Shown here in pieces: positions 21,686 to 32,833 of a stretch of 64,000 nucleotides of DNA. Below the pieces are notes generated by a model that saw only the letters and a list, made by a program, of their open reading frames with translations, ran no database searches and was not told the DNA's origin. The first letter of the stretch is position 1. Each line of letters starts with the position of its first letter. The translations under genes were made by a program, and so were the position numbers. The stretch comes from an uncultured delta proteobacterium (GTDB taxonomy: Bacteria > Desulfobacterota > Binatia > Bin18), in assembly GCA_963733195.1 (NCBI GenBank), contig CAVTCR010000078.1:1-64000 (forward strand), in the 5' to 3' direction.

Positions 21686-23142
21686 TTACGCCCAGTAGGG
21701 AATGTACTCCGCAAACTTCGAGGATGATGATGTCGGGTCTTTCCGCTTGATCCGGCCTGCCTCTACTGCATCTCGGATGAGGTTGGAGACTTGCGTGCGC
21801 TGTTTCTCATGCATCTTAAGACGCTCGCGTAACGATGTGTTGGTCAGCGAGCTACTGCTGAGATACTTGAGAACCGCATGCTGGTAGCAGGCCTCGATCC
21901 GTTCTGATTGGGACATCTCAGCAAATTTTCGAGGTGCGAATAATGAAACCTTAAAGTAATTTTCTCCCTGCTCGAAGGCAACAGGCGGAAGACCATAAAG
22001 TTCAACGCTGGTTACCACCTTCATAAAGCCGGTGCCGCGTTCCTCACAGATCCGATAACGTCGGAACGCCGAAGCAAGTATTTCGTTGCGTGACTCCGGT
22101 GTGGTGCCGATGAGCCGGTCGATTTTCTTGGATGGAGGAAGGGCTCCAGGATTAGTAAACTCGATACGGTTGTCAAAAATTTCTACCATCGGGCCTGTGC
22201 CAGTAATGGTAAAATCTTGATGAATAAGCGCGTTGGCAATGAGTTCCCGCAGGGCAATCTCCGGGTACACACTCACCTCGCGCCGCAGCGCCTTTTCGAT
22301 GACTTCGCTATGGGGAAGGATATGCTTGAGGTGCGTAATCAGTCCCTCGAAGCCGATAGCGTATCCTTTTTGTCCCACGGTCTCATCAATGGTTTCTACC
22401 TTGTTGAAGCCCCTGTAGTGGATCACGCGAATGCGCTTGCGTTCGAGCTCGTCGAACTCGGCCAGACGGCGTGCGGCGGCAACTACGCCAAAGTTAGTAA
22501 TGTAATATCCGCCGCCGTCTGGTTCGATGAATTTTTCCTCTCTTAGCCAGCGCAGCAGCTTTCCGTTTTCTCGGTTGCTGGACGGTCCAGCAACCTATGG
22601 ATACCCGTGGTATCGAGTTTTTGTAGCACCTCTTCGAATGGGAGCAGCGTTGAAGCCCGCAGTTCCTCCCAGCGCGGATTGCGGCTGTTTAAGAGCAATG
22701 CACCGACCTCCTGACGAGAAGCAACACGCGTGGTTCCTCCAGACCGGACATAGCAATGCTCAAGGGACTTACCGCGCAAATGCACGGGTTTAATCTTACT
22801 TTCCTTGACCAGCACGAACAGCAAAGATGTTTTGTGGAACTCTACAATGGCATGGTCTATCGTGACCGGTGGCTCCAAGGCATCGCGCCCAAGATTCGCA
22901 ATCTGACCAACGATCGTTTCGGCTTCTGGCTGTTGGATACCTATCGGGGTGGCCGTCTGGTCATTGACGCCAAATACGACGATCCCTCCGTTCGGAGAGT
23001 TAGCAAAGGCCGAAAGATGTTGCACCAGACGATCCTTCTTCGGGGAAAGGCTCTGCTTCCAATCCAGCTCGTTGAGTTCGTGAGGTACCGGCTCAAGGCT
23101 GGATTCAAGAGTGCTCACTGCGGTAGTAATCCAGTGCTTCAT
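21686..23142 (-). CDS. AlbA/Schlafen DNA-binding domain + RecG-like HATPase + wHTH protein (frameshift near 22560)
   Basis: ELDWK..SAFAN..GG..VFGVND; ALRELIANALIHQDF; NPG; ICEERGTG. Confidence 0.87.
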
Positions 23143-23232
23143 TGTCTATGAACTAGTAAATTGTTGTAATTGCAGCAGTTATATGACTTTTCCGTTTTCG
23201 AGTGAAGTAAAGAAACCACGCTATCGTTAGGG

Positions 23233-26093
23233 TTATCCTTCCTCAAGTCGCCACCGAATGGCCAGGAGTGACTCTAACCGGGTTGTCTGTGCTAGCTTCC
23301 CTTCAATATCCACGATTAACTGCTCGCGCTGCCGATCAATCTCGTCCTGCGCATCAAAGAGCGCCCGACGCTTGCCGTTGCGCTGTGATTCCAACGCCTT
23401 GATCTGCTTCTGACCCGCTAGCTTCTCCTCCAATGTCGGCGCGAGCGTAGCGGCCCGTTTCGCTTCCTTAACTTGCCGGTCAATGTCTTTGATCTCGCGT
23501 TCAAGCGCCACCTTCAGGTCATCAGCCCAGCGATCGAGTTTCTCGGCTTCAAGCTCGAAGAAGTTGGCGTTTCGTTCTGAAATGTTGCGCTGAATAGCGG
23601 CTTTTCGTTGCTCTACCAGTTCCTTCAACTCATCGTGGGAGATTACGTCCGCGAGCGGTGTCGTTGATGTCGCCGGGAGGGAAAGGAGTCGCCGCGCGGC
23701 GTCCTCTTCGAGTATCCATCCTTCCCTTGTGCTGACCGCCAACAGCAAATGATCCTCCGTCTGATTCAGAGATTCCACCATTAACAGGCTTAGGAGAAGC
23801 TCGCCACTTTGTCCAATGTAGGGCTCCAGGGCGCTGATTCTTGGCCCATAACTAGAGTAATCGAAAGTGAGCTCGGCCGGAGACAGCACGCGAGACTTGG
23901 CTTGCCGCAAGACCTGTTCGGCTAACGGGTGCCCAAGCCGGTAGAGGTGCGCTTCCCCGGAACGACGCGGCAGCTCGTATCGTCCTAATGGAATATCACC
24001 GGGGAAAGGGCAGGACTTCAGCCAAAAGGCAGACCCGTCAACGAGTTCCGCATGGTCTCGCAACTCGTAGCGAGTCAGGTCCATCAGCATTCGCTCGTAG
24101 CGATTCAGGTAGGTCTGGCTGTTCTCCAAGTTGATGCGTAACTTTTCGTGGACTTCCGTATCGAAGTTTTCCAGCAACTGTTGGCGGGTACGGGTTATGG
24201 CTTCGTCAATCTGTTGGCTTAATTCCCGCTGGAGTCATCAAAGGCGGCATTGATCTCTTCAGGTTTGCGACAGCGTTGATAAATGTCTGCGATCCGTTTC
24301 TCGAAGTCTACCCCCGACTCGACCGCACCGAGCACTTCATCACTCGCGCCAAAGACGCCTTCAAACAGGGAGAATTTTTCCGAGAGCAGTTGAAAGACGC
24401 GCTGATCGGCAGCGTTTGTCTGATTGAAAAAATTGACCACCACGACATCATGCTTCTGTCCATAGCGATGACAACGCCCGATCCGTTGCTCAATGCGTTG
24501 CGGATTCCAGGGCAGATCGTAGTTCACCACCAGAGAGCAGAACTGGAGGTTGATGCCTTCTGCTCCTGCTTCCGTGGCAATCATGATGTGCCCTTGCTCA
24601 CGGAAGTAATCGACCAGGGCCGAGCGCATGTCAGCCGTGCGGGAACCGGTCACGCGATCCGTGCCCTCATGCCGTCGCACCCAGTCAGTGTAGATCTTAC
24701 GCGATTGTGTGTCGGTATTGGAGCCGTTGAACAGCACGATACCTTCGGAGTACGGACTTTCGGCCAGCACTCGTAGCAAATACTCCTGCGTACGGCGGGA
24801 TTCCGTGAAGATGATGGCTTTGCGTGCAGCACCCAGACGCTCAGCCTCGGCGAAGGCACGATCAAGGGCGATGAGTAACGCCTGGCCCTTGGCATTGTGG
24901 GTGATCGAGACGGCGAGGGTACGGAACGCTTCGAGATCGGCAATTTCTTTTTCGAGAGCGACACGGTCAGCCTCGGAGAGCGGCTCAGGTTCAGAGTGTC
25001 TCTTCTGGCCATTCCTCTGCTGTTTCGTCGAGAGCTTCGTAGTCTTGGTCTAGCTCTTCTTCAAGCGATTGCTTCGGTTGGCGTTTTCCAAGCCGAGCCT
25101 GAAGACGCTGACTGATAGTGTCGAGCGCTCCGGCAATAGCGAAGGTGGAGGATGCGAGGAGCTTGCGCAGCACCAAGGTCATGAGCGAACGCTGACTCGC
25201 AGGCAGCGCTTGCAGGTTATCACGCCGCAGATACTCGGAGACGAGGTGATAGAGCCGGTCTTCACTTTCTTCGGGGGTAAAGGATTGCACGAGGGGATGA
25301 CGACGGGTGTAGGGCACGTAGGCTGTCACTTGTCGCCGGAGAGTGCGATGACAAACGGGTTTGATCCTGGCCTTTAGCGTATCGAAGACGTGCTTGTTGT
25401 TGAGAGTGGTAAACTGCTCGCGAAAGCTCTTGAGATCCCCGAAGGCATACTCGTCGATGAAGCTGACCAAACCGAAGAGTTCCAGCAATGAGTTTTGCAG
25501 GGGCGTGGCAGTGAGCAGCAGTTTCGGGACATCCTTGAGGGCGTGTTTGAGAGTGTTAGCGATCACGTTATTCGGCTTGTACACATTGCGCAGCCGGTGC
25601 GCTTCATCAATCACCACTAAATCCCATCGATCGCGTTGACATCAGCCGCCTTGCTGCGAGCGAACTGGTAAGAACAGATGACGATCGTGTCCGTGGTCTC
25701 GAAAGGCCGGAAGTTCCCGTGTTTGACTGCCTCGTTGTAAAAACGAGTCTCCAAAATTGTACACGGTAGAAAGAACTTCTCCTGCAGCTCTTGATGCCAT
25801 TGTTTACGCAGGTTGGCAGGGGTGATGATCAGAATCCGCCGTTTCCGTTCCGCCCACTTCTGCGAGATAACAAGTCCAGCTTCAATGGTTTTGCCGAGCC
25901 CGACTTCATCTGCCAGTAACGCACCTTTCGAGAGGGGAGAGTTGAAGGCAAACAGCGCAGCTTCGACTTGATGTGGGTTGAGATCAACCTTGGCATCCAC
26001 CAACGCCCCGGCCAGTTTTTCGAGACTGTCTGACGAGCACCGCTTCGTCAGTTCATACGCGAAGTATTTTGCTTGATAGTCGGTTAAGTTCAT
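23233..26093 (-). CDS. SNF2/RapA-like helicase-ATPase associated with type III RM (frameshifted)
   Basis: LADEVGLGKT, DEAH, TATP, TEAGAEGINLQ, YDLPWNPQRIEQRIGRCHR; coiled-coil C-terminus. Confidence 0.92.
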
Positions 26094-26207
26094 CACGACC
26101 ACACAAAAATCTCACAAATGGCAATAGGTGAAACCCTCACCTGAATGAACAGCAGCTCTAAATCTATGGAGAGATTGAGCAATCCCGATTTCCCCCCTTA
26201 AATAGAA

Positions 26208-26235
26208 ATTACAGTAACTTGATTGTTACCGTCAA
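26208..26235 (-). promoter_or_regulatory. Putative sigma70 promoter with an operator palindrome in the spacer
   Basis: Minus strand TTGACG-16 nt-TGTAAT; the spacer is GTAAC-N6-GTTAC. Confidence 0.45.
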
Positions 26236-26414
26236 ATTCCTTCAAGTTTCAGCCGAATTCCGAATTGTGCGGAGAAGCAGTCATTCACGTGGAAGGCTCT
26301 GCCGCTTCAGCCTAAATCCAGACGTTATGCACAGTAAGGAAGTGTGGAAGGATTGAGGACCTGATTCAACCAACAGAACTTTTCGAATAACTGTCGGGAA
26401 GGGCAGCGGTAGGA

Positions 26415-26447
26415 GAAGAAACCTCTCTGGGAGATAAGCCAGAGAGT
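26415..26447 (-). terminator. Terminator-like hairpin / riboswitch expression platform
   Basis: Minus strand CTCTCTGG-loop-CCAGAGAG followed by GTTTCTTCT. Confidence 0.5.
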
Positions 26448-26497
26448 CTCGCGAAGAAGCCGTGCACCATTACACAGCCCCCAGAGGAGGTGTGCGT

Positions 26498-26592
26498 GCC
26501 CGGCAGCCCTGCTGCCATATCCCACTAACTACACGAGACGTAGGCCAGTGGCTTTGCGTCCCACCCTTTCGAGCGGTTTGCCCTTGACGGGT
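26498..26592 (-). ncRNA. Cyclic di-GMP-I (GEMM-I) riboswitch aptamer
   Basis: Minus strand AGGGCAAACCGCTCGAAAGGGTGGGACGCAAAGCCACTGGCCTA...ATGGCAGCAGGGCTGCCG matches the GEMM consensus; P1 CCCG/CGGG. Confidence 0.92.
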
Positions 26593-26697
26593 TTCTTCTG
26601 CCTACCGCTGTTGGTCCAAGTACTAAGAACGGACAATGAGAGAAAAGCTTTAATACGTAACGCTCCACTGTCATGCACTTTGGATTTCTCATAAGAT

Positions 26698-27357
26698 TCA
26701 CGCACCCCGTGACGTTGGCTGCTGATTTCCCCAACCATCGAAATGTGTTACTTCTGGCGCAGGTCGGCGTGAAACCGGACCAAATTTCCCTTGTGGAAAA
26801 CCAATCGGTATCAGCGCTACGACTCCGTACTGCTCAGGAATGGCAAACCGCTCATGTAATTCCTCTTCAAACAGTTGATGCATGGTCGTCAGACTTGCTC
26901 CGAGCCCCAATCCACGACACGCTAACAGAATGTTTTGTACACAGGGATAAATCGAACCGTAGGATGGTGGCGCTTTTCCCACACGTTTGTCCTTCGGTAC
27001 GCTGAATGGCCAATCACGCAGTCCGCAAACCAGCAGCAACACTGGTACTTCGTGCATATGTTCAGCCAAATGCATGGCGGCGCGAGCGATGCGGGCGTTG
27101 GAAGAACGATCTTCTGGTTTCGGCAGAAAGGCAGCAAAGCGGGACAGCATTGCTTGGTGATAACGTTCTTGGATGAACTTTTTTCCCTGTGGTTCTTGTA
27201 CGACCACAAATGCCCACGGTTGCGTGTTCTGTCCGCTCGGAGCGCGCGTACCGGCATCAAGTACTTTGCGGATCAATTCAACCGGCACCGGATCGGGCTT
27301 GAGCCGCCGCATCGCGCGCATGGTAGTGATAGCGTCAAATAAATCGAGGTCTGGCAT
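26698..27357 (-). CDS. Nitroreductase family protein
   Basis: RAMRRLKPDPV, APSGQNTQPW.FVVV, QNILLACRGLGLG. Confidence 0.92.
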   Translation of the reverse strand: MPDLDLFDAITTMRAMRRLKPDPVPVELIRKVLDAGTRAPSGQNTQPWAFVVVQEPQGKKFIQERYHQAMLSRFAAFLPKPEDRSSNARIARAAMHLAEHMHEVPVLLLVCGLRDWPFSVPKDKRVGKAPPSYGSIYPCVQNILLACRGLGLGASLTTMHQLFEEELHERFAIPEQYGVVALIPIGFPQGKFGPVSRRPAPEVTHFDGWGNQQPTSRGA

Positions 27358-27476
27358 GAGAAACTCCTAAGAGGTTGTCATAAAAGCAGGAGGACCCTGT
27401 CATTGCGAGGAGTCGTAGGCAATGTAAGAGCACGGCGTACCGTGCCTCTCCAATGCATCGCGGTCATCTCTGTGAG

Positions 27477-28157
27477 CTATGTTTTGCTAATCTCGCGTAG
27501 ACAATCAACAATGGCCTGTGGTTCTAAACGGTGAGTGTAGTCGGCATCAACAAACGCTAAACGAACAGTTCCATCCTTGGCAACGACAAAAGTGCCCGGC
27601 ATCGGCAACTCCCACGATTCATCGCCATTGTAAGCTGGAAGGTCAGCACCGATGTTTTTGTAAATTGGGCGGAGGATTTCGGCGACTGGAAATACGAGTT
27701 TGAACTGCCGCGCTACTTTGTTGCCTGCATCACTGAGCACGTCAAACGTGAGATGATCTTTCTCTGTCGTTGCCACGGTTTTCTCTGGTTGCTCTGGAGT
27801 GATCGCGACAATCGACGCTCCTAATGCTTGCATCTCAGGCAGTCTCGTTTGGTACGCCTGCAACTGCAGGTTGCAGTACGGTCACCATCCACCGCGATAG
27901 AAAGTGACAACCGCAGGTCCCTTTTTGAGGACCTCGGAGAACGTGACGCGCTCCCCACGCGTATTGGCCAGCGTAAAGTCAGGAGCCTTCTCACCAACAT
28001 GGAGGCTGCGCTCGGCAATGCCAGAACGAACAAGTTCTGTCGTCGTTTTCTCGAAGGTCTCAAGGATCTCTTTGGGAATCTTTGGCAGCAAATCTTTTTG
28101 AAACGCACTGATCTGTTCTTGCAATTCAGTGCTCAAGCTGTGACTTTGCGTGCTCAT
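27477..28157 (-). CDS. AhpC/TSA peroxiredoxin-like selenoprotein (UxxC)
   Basis: Two track ORFs are one frame separated only by TGA at 27882-27884: FYRGGW-U-PYCNLQL. Homologous family has W-C-P-Y-C here. Confidence 0.88.
27852..27879 (-). promoter_or_regulatory. Putative bacterial SECIS hairpin
   Basis: Immediately 3' of the UGA: GUAC-UGCAAC-CUGCA-GUUGCA-GGC-GUAC stem-loop. Confidence 0.6.
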
Positions 28158-28255
28158 TGGCCGTGCCCTCCTCTCGTAAGATGAGGACACAGCTACTCTT
28201 GCTGAGCAGGTGAATCAACTCCCTCGCTGCTCTGAAACGAGCAGGTCCCGGGAAA

Positions 28256-28720
28256 TCAAATGTGATACATAGAAGCCGATGCCGCTCTGCGCTGGCTCTG
28301 CGCTGCGCGACGGCTCATATCGACCAAAGAAACTTGTTCAAGCACAGCAGTCACACCGCTATCGACCTCTGCCATAACTCCACGTAACCAGCAACTCTCC
28401 AACGATACACAGTCTGGACATTTCGTTGGAGCTACAGGGCTCAAGCAAGGAAGTGCCGTAAGCGGTCCATCCACTGCACGAATGACATCCCCCAGGGAAA
28501 CATCCGCCGGAGCCATGCTCAGACTATATCCGCCGGTTTTTCCACGGCTGCTCTGCAGAATCCCAGCTTTCTTGAGCGCCAAGAGGACTTGCTCAAGAAA
28601 TTTCTTGGGAATGCGCTCCCTCTGGGCAAGTTCTTGAATCGACATCATCGCCGGTGCCCCTGGAGATCCTAATCTCGTGAGAGCGCGGAGTGCGTATTCG
28701 CATTTCTTTGAGAGTTTCAT
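28256..28720 (-). CDS. Rrf2 family transcriptional regulator (Cys-rich)
   Basis: [41 protein letters not shown]; C-x8-C-x2-C-x5-C. Confidence 0.93.
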   Translation of the reverse strand: MKLSKKCEYALRALTRLGSPGAPAMMSIQELAQRERIPKKFLEQVLLALKKAGILQSSRGKTGGYSLSMAPADVSLGDVIRAVDGPLTALPCLSPVAPTKCPDCVSLESCWLRGVMAEVDSGVTAVLEQVSLVDMSRRAAQSQRRAASASMYHI

Positions 28721-29480
28721 GTTGTGCCGTGAGCTCGGGGAACCACTGGAGGTGTTCTCGCAACGCGACTACCTCTCCTATAACCGTTACGACCGGCGGT
28801 TCAAGGCCAGCCGCAGTCGCCTTGGCAATAATATCAGCCAGGGTTCCAGTCACTGTCTGTTGCTCGCTAGTTGTTCCCCAACGAATGAGTGCAGCCGGTG
28901 TCTCTGGCGAACGTCCATGAGCAAGGAGCTGACCGACAATCTTGGCTAACCCTTTCACGCCCATCAGGACCACTAAGGTATCAACAGCAGTCGCAAGCGC
29001 GGCCCAGTCTCTCGTTGAAACGTCTTTGCCGCCTTCTTCATGCCCGGTCACTACCGCAAAAGAGGACGCAACTTTTCTGTGGGTCACTGGAATGCCAGCA
29101 TAGGCGGGAACCGCAAGCGCAGAACTGACACCTGGAACAATTTCGAAGGGAATACCTGCATCAACAAGCGCTTTGGCTTCCTCACCGCCACGACCAAAGA
29201 CAAAGGGATCTCCACCTTTCAGGCGTACTACTCGACGACCTTGACGAGCGTATGTCACCAGCAGCTCATTGATTTGCTCCTGCGGCACATAGTGCAGCCC
29301 AGTTTCTTTCCCGACGTAGATCCGAATTGCTTCGGGTGGGGCTTCTTGGACGATCTCGGGGTGAACAAGACGGTCGTAGATAACTACTTCAGCCTGTTGG
29401 ACAAGTTTCAACCCTCGCACAGTGATGAGTCCTGGATCGCCTGGTCCTGCACCAATCAAATAGACGGTTGGGAATGTCAT
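28593..29480 (-). CDS. cobA: Uroporphyrinogen-III C-methyltransferase
   Basis: [34 protein letters not shown]. The true end is probably near 28717; the tail overlaps Rrf2. Confidence 0.95.
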   Translation of the reverse strand: MTFPTVYLIGAGPGDPGLITVRGLKLVQQAEVVIYDRLVHPEIVQEAPPEAIRIYVGKETGLHYVPQEQINELLVTYARQGRRVVRLKGGDPFVFGRGGEEAKALVDAGIPFEIVPGVSSALAVPAYAGIPVTHRKVASSFAVVTGHEEGGKDVSTRDWAALATAVDTLVVLMGVKGLAKIVGQLLAHGRSPETPAALIRWGTTSEQQTVTGTLADIIAKATAAGLEPPVVTVIGEVVALREHLQWFPELTAQHETLKEMRIRTPRSHEIRISRGTGDDVDSRTCPEGAHSQEIS

Positions 29481-30109
29481 TGTTCCTCCCGTAGTTTCTC
29501 TAACAGCCAGTTTGTCGCATCTTCACGAAATCCGGCACGAATGAGGTCGCGAAAATCTTCGTTCCTGAGCGCCTGTACCCAACGGGCTCCTGGCACTGTC
29601 CGCTTGTCAGTACGAAGTTTTAATCGCACTTCAGCAGCGACTGTGGCGAGGAGGCTGTAATCAGCAGTGAAATATTCCTGTAGCTCCTCACGAATGGCAC
29701 GAGTTAGCGCCGGGCTCGTCCCACCAGTCGCGATAGCAACACTTAACGCTCCGCGCTGGACGACGGCAGGAAGAATGAAATCACAGTACGCGGGATCATC
29801 CGCAGCATTCACCCAGATGGCCCGCGCGTGCCCTTCACGCGCAATAGCGGCATTCGTCGTGCCATCATCGGTGGCAGCAAACACCAAATGATAGCCGAGC
29901 ATGTCTCCTTCTTGATAGGAGCGGGCAATATGCTGAATAGCTCCATGCTGGCTCCAGTCAGCAAGCAGTGCCGTCAATTGCGGACTCACAACCGTAACCG
30001 TGGCCTCCGCCGCAAGTAATCCATGCACCTTGCGCTCGGCGACGATACCTCCACCGATGACCAAACAGCGCCGCTCACGCAATTCTAAAAAAATCGGATA
30101 GTAACCCAT
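29477..30109 (-). CDS. sirC: Precorrin-2 dehydrogenase / ferrochelatase (CysG N-terminal type)
   Basis: [37 protein letters not shown]. Confidence 0.93.
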   Translation of the reverse strand: MGYYPIFLELRERRCLVIGGGIVAERKVHGLLAAEATVTVVSPQLTALLADWSQHGAIQHIARSYQEGDMLGYHLVFAATDDGTTNAAIAREGHARAIWVNAADDPAYCDFILPAVVQRGALSVAIATGGTSPALTRAIREELQEYFTADYSLLATVAAEVRLKLRTDKRTVPGARWVQALRNEDFRDLIRAGFREDATNWLLEKLREEQ

Positions 30110-30171
30110 AACAAGGAAAACCTACGATGCATCTTTACTTTAGGCTCTTGACTCTGCCGGCGTGAAAAGGA

Positions 30172-30216
30172 TATTAACTCAGTAAATCTTTAATGTCTAT
30201 AGACTTAGTAGTTTTA
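30172..30216. promoter_or_regulatory. Putative Rrf2 operator in the divergent sirC/cysI promoter
   Basis: AT-rich imperfect palindrome aatgtctatagacttagtagtttt, resembling Rrf2-type boxes. Confidence 0.35.
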
Positions 30217-30233
30217 AAGAAAAAGGATTTTCT

Positions 30234-31980
30234 ATGGCGAACGTCGAGCATCTCAAAGCCAATAGCAAAGCGCTCCGCGGACCGTTGGCTGAGGAACTGA
30301 CGCACCAGCGTCCGGGGTTTTCCGCAGGCGGAGCCGGGATTCTCAAGTTTCACGGCATGTATCAACAAGAGAACCGTGATGCCCGACAAGACCCGTAAAC
30401 AAGAGGCGCAAGGCAAATCTCACTCTTTCATGATCCGCACGAGAATCCCTGGCGGGCGTGTCACCCCGCAGCAGTATCTTGCCCATGATGAGATCGCTAC
30501 ACAGTTTGGCGACGGGAGTCTACGCCTCACCACCCGCCAAGATTTCCAACTGCACGGCATCCTGAAAACCGATCTGCGAACAACACTGCAATCTATTGCT
30601 TCGACACTGCTCACGACGTTTGCTGCCTGCGGCGACGTCGTGCGTAACGTTGTGTGTTGCCCATACCCAGTCGCTGATAGCCTCGAACGCGAGATCTGGC
30701 AACAGGTCACAGCTCTCGCGCGTCACCTCGAACCAAAGACACAAGCTTACAGTGAAATCTGGCTCGATGGAGAAAAAGCGGCAGACGTCGGTCTTCCAGA
30801 GGAAGAGCCGTTGTACGGTGACACGTACCTCCCGCGCAAATTCAAGATTGGGGTTTCTCTGCCATGGGACAATTGCGTTGATATACTCGTTCAAGACCTC
30901 GGGTTTGTCGCCGTGACCAACGGTAAACGCATCATTGGTTATAACGTGTATGTCGGTGGCGGGCTCGGCATGACTCACAACAAGCCGGCAACGTTCGCTG
31001 CGCTTGGACAGCCGCTGGCCTGGGTAACCAGTGCTCAAGTGTTGCCGGTCGCAACCGCTATCGTCGCTATTTTCCGCGACTGGGGCGATCGAGAGAACCG
31101 CAAGCATGCGCGGATCAAATACCTTGTCGCTGAGCGTGGAATTGAGTGGTTCCGACAAGAGCTCAGCAGCCGTCTCGGCTACACTTTGGTCCACCCACAT
31201 CCGCTCACGATCAGCGATGCCCATAGCCATTTAGGTTGGCAGGCGCAGGAGAATGGGTTGTGGTCCCTCGGAGTGTACGTTGAGAGCGGACGTATCACCG
31301 ATACGAATACACATCGGACTCGCAGTGCGTTCCGTCGTATTGTCGAACGCGTGCAACCAGGTATTCGGCTGACCGCAGACCAAAATATCTTGTTCACCGA
31401 TATACTCGAATCTCAGCGCAGTGAAATTGATGCGATTCTTCAGAGCCACGGAGTGACAGCGATCGAAAATATTTCTCCGCTTCGCCATCGTGCGTTAGCC
31501 TGCCCGGCGCTGCCGACCTGTGGCCTTGCGTTGTCGGAAGCTGAGCGGTTCATGCCGTCGCTGCTACCGCAGCTTGAGCGTGCTTTCACAGCGTTAGGTT
31601 TAGAAAATGAAGCCCCGGTTGTCCGTGTCACAGGTTGTCCGAACGGGTGCGCTCGTCCCTACACTGCGGAGATCGGCATTGTTGGTCGCTCCGGTGATAA
31701 CTACGTGCTCTATCTCGGTGGGAGCCATCTTGGTACGCGTTTAGGATTCGCCGTTGCCGACTTAGTCCCCAGCAAAGAGATTATCCCGACTCTCTATCCG
31801 GCGTTGATCGCCTTCCGTAGCGAACGGCAGCATGGCGAACATTTCGGAGATTTTTGCCATCGTCTTGGCCTTGAGCGCATGCGTCAGCTCGTGAACCCGC
31901 AAGCGACGACTGACAACACCCCAAGGGTAAACACCATTCACGCGGAAGAGCCACATTTCCAGGAAGCGACGCTGGCCTAG
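30234..31980 (+). CDS. cysI: Assimilatory sulfite reductase hemoprotein (siroheme/4Fe-4S); frameshift near 30385
   Basis: MANVEHLK..LRG..LKFHGMYQQ from ATG 30234; TTRQDFQLHG, ACGDVVRN, YLPRKFK, CPALPTC, TGCPNGC. Confidence 0.93.
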
Positions 31981-32011
31981 TGCCATTCCACCCACGTAGA
32001 GGAAAGCTCTC

Positions 32012-32806
32012 ATGACCGACCGTATCAGATTGCACGAACAAGAAGTGACGACACTGGCACTAGCGTATGAAGCACAGAGCCCACAGGACGTACTGCAATG
32101 GGCACTAAAGCGGTTCGGTTCACAGATTGCACTGTGTACGAGTTTTCAGGCCGACGGGATGGCGATTCTCGACATGGCCTGGCGGATTGATCCTAAAGTG
32201 CGTGTATTCACTATCGATACTGGACGGTTACCGCAAGAAACCTATGCACTGCTTGATCAAGTACGCGAGAAGTACAACATTGAGGTTGAAGTCTATTTTC
32301 CTGATGCCACCCAGGTCGAAAGTATTGTTCGGCGGCATGGAACGAATCTTTTTTATCATTCTGTACAGTCGCGCCTCCTCTGCTGTGAGGCTCGTAAGGT
32401 TCTGCCCTTGCGCCGGGTTCTCGCCTCGCTCGATGCATGGGTCACTGGCCTGCGTCGTGACCAGTCTTCCACACGGGCAACCGTTGGGAAAATCGAACTC
32501 GATAACGACCACGGCGGACTCGTCAAAGTGAACCCCTTGGCAAGCTGGACCGAGGCAGATGTGTGGAATTATATCCGAGCGAATAACGTGCCGTATCATC
32601 CGTTTTACGATCAGGGATACACCAGCATCGGCTGTGTACCTTGCACACGCCCGACATCTACTGGTGAAGATTCACGTGCAGGCCGCTGGTGGTGGGAAAC
32701 TGGCGTTGCTAAGGAGTGCGGGATGCACTGCTCAATTGAGAGTGGCAGGTTTGAGCGTGAAGGGTTGCTCTCTATAAAAAACGAGGGCCGCTCGCAAGTC
32801 GAATAG
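32012..32806 (+). CDS. cysH: APS/PAPS reductase, [4Fe-4S] APS-type
   Basis: DTGRL, CC pair (LCCEARK), SIGCVPCT, RAGRWWWE..ECGMH. Confidence 0.95.
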   Translation: MTDRIRLHEQEVTTLALAYEAQSPQDVLQWALKRFGSQIALCTSFQADGMAILDMAWRIDPKVRVFTIDTGRLPQETYALLDQVREKYNIEVEVYFPDATQVESIVRRHGTNLFYHSVQSRLLCCEARKVLPLRRVLASLDAWVTGLRRDQSSTRATVGKIELDNDHGGLVKVNPLASWTEADVWNYIRANNVPYHPFYDQGYTSIGCVPCTRPTSTGEDSRAGRWWWETGVAKECGMHCSIESGRFEREGLLSIKNEGRSQVE

Positions 32807-32833
32807 CCCCTGCCATGACATTGAGCATGCTCA

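Noticed and set aside
25617-25620. Other stop codons as further selenocysteine or readthrough sites
   Set aside because: They coincide with frame changes rather than in-frame continuation and do not align with catalytic Cys; only 27882-27884 qualifies.
17332-26093. Calling the RM island a prophage, ICE or DISARM/BREX system
   Set aside because: No integrase, att repeats, phage genes, DrmA/B or PglZ/BrxC are visible.
28593-28720. 128-nt cobA/rrf2 overlap as a dual-coding region
   Set aside because: CobA similarity ends at LQWF; one indel would restore a normal short overlap.
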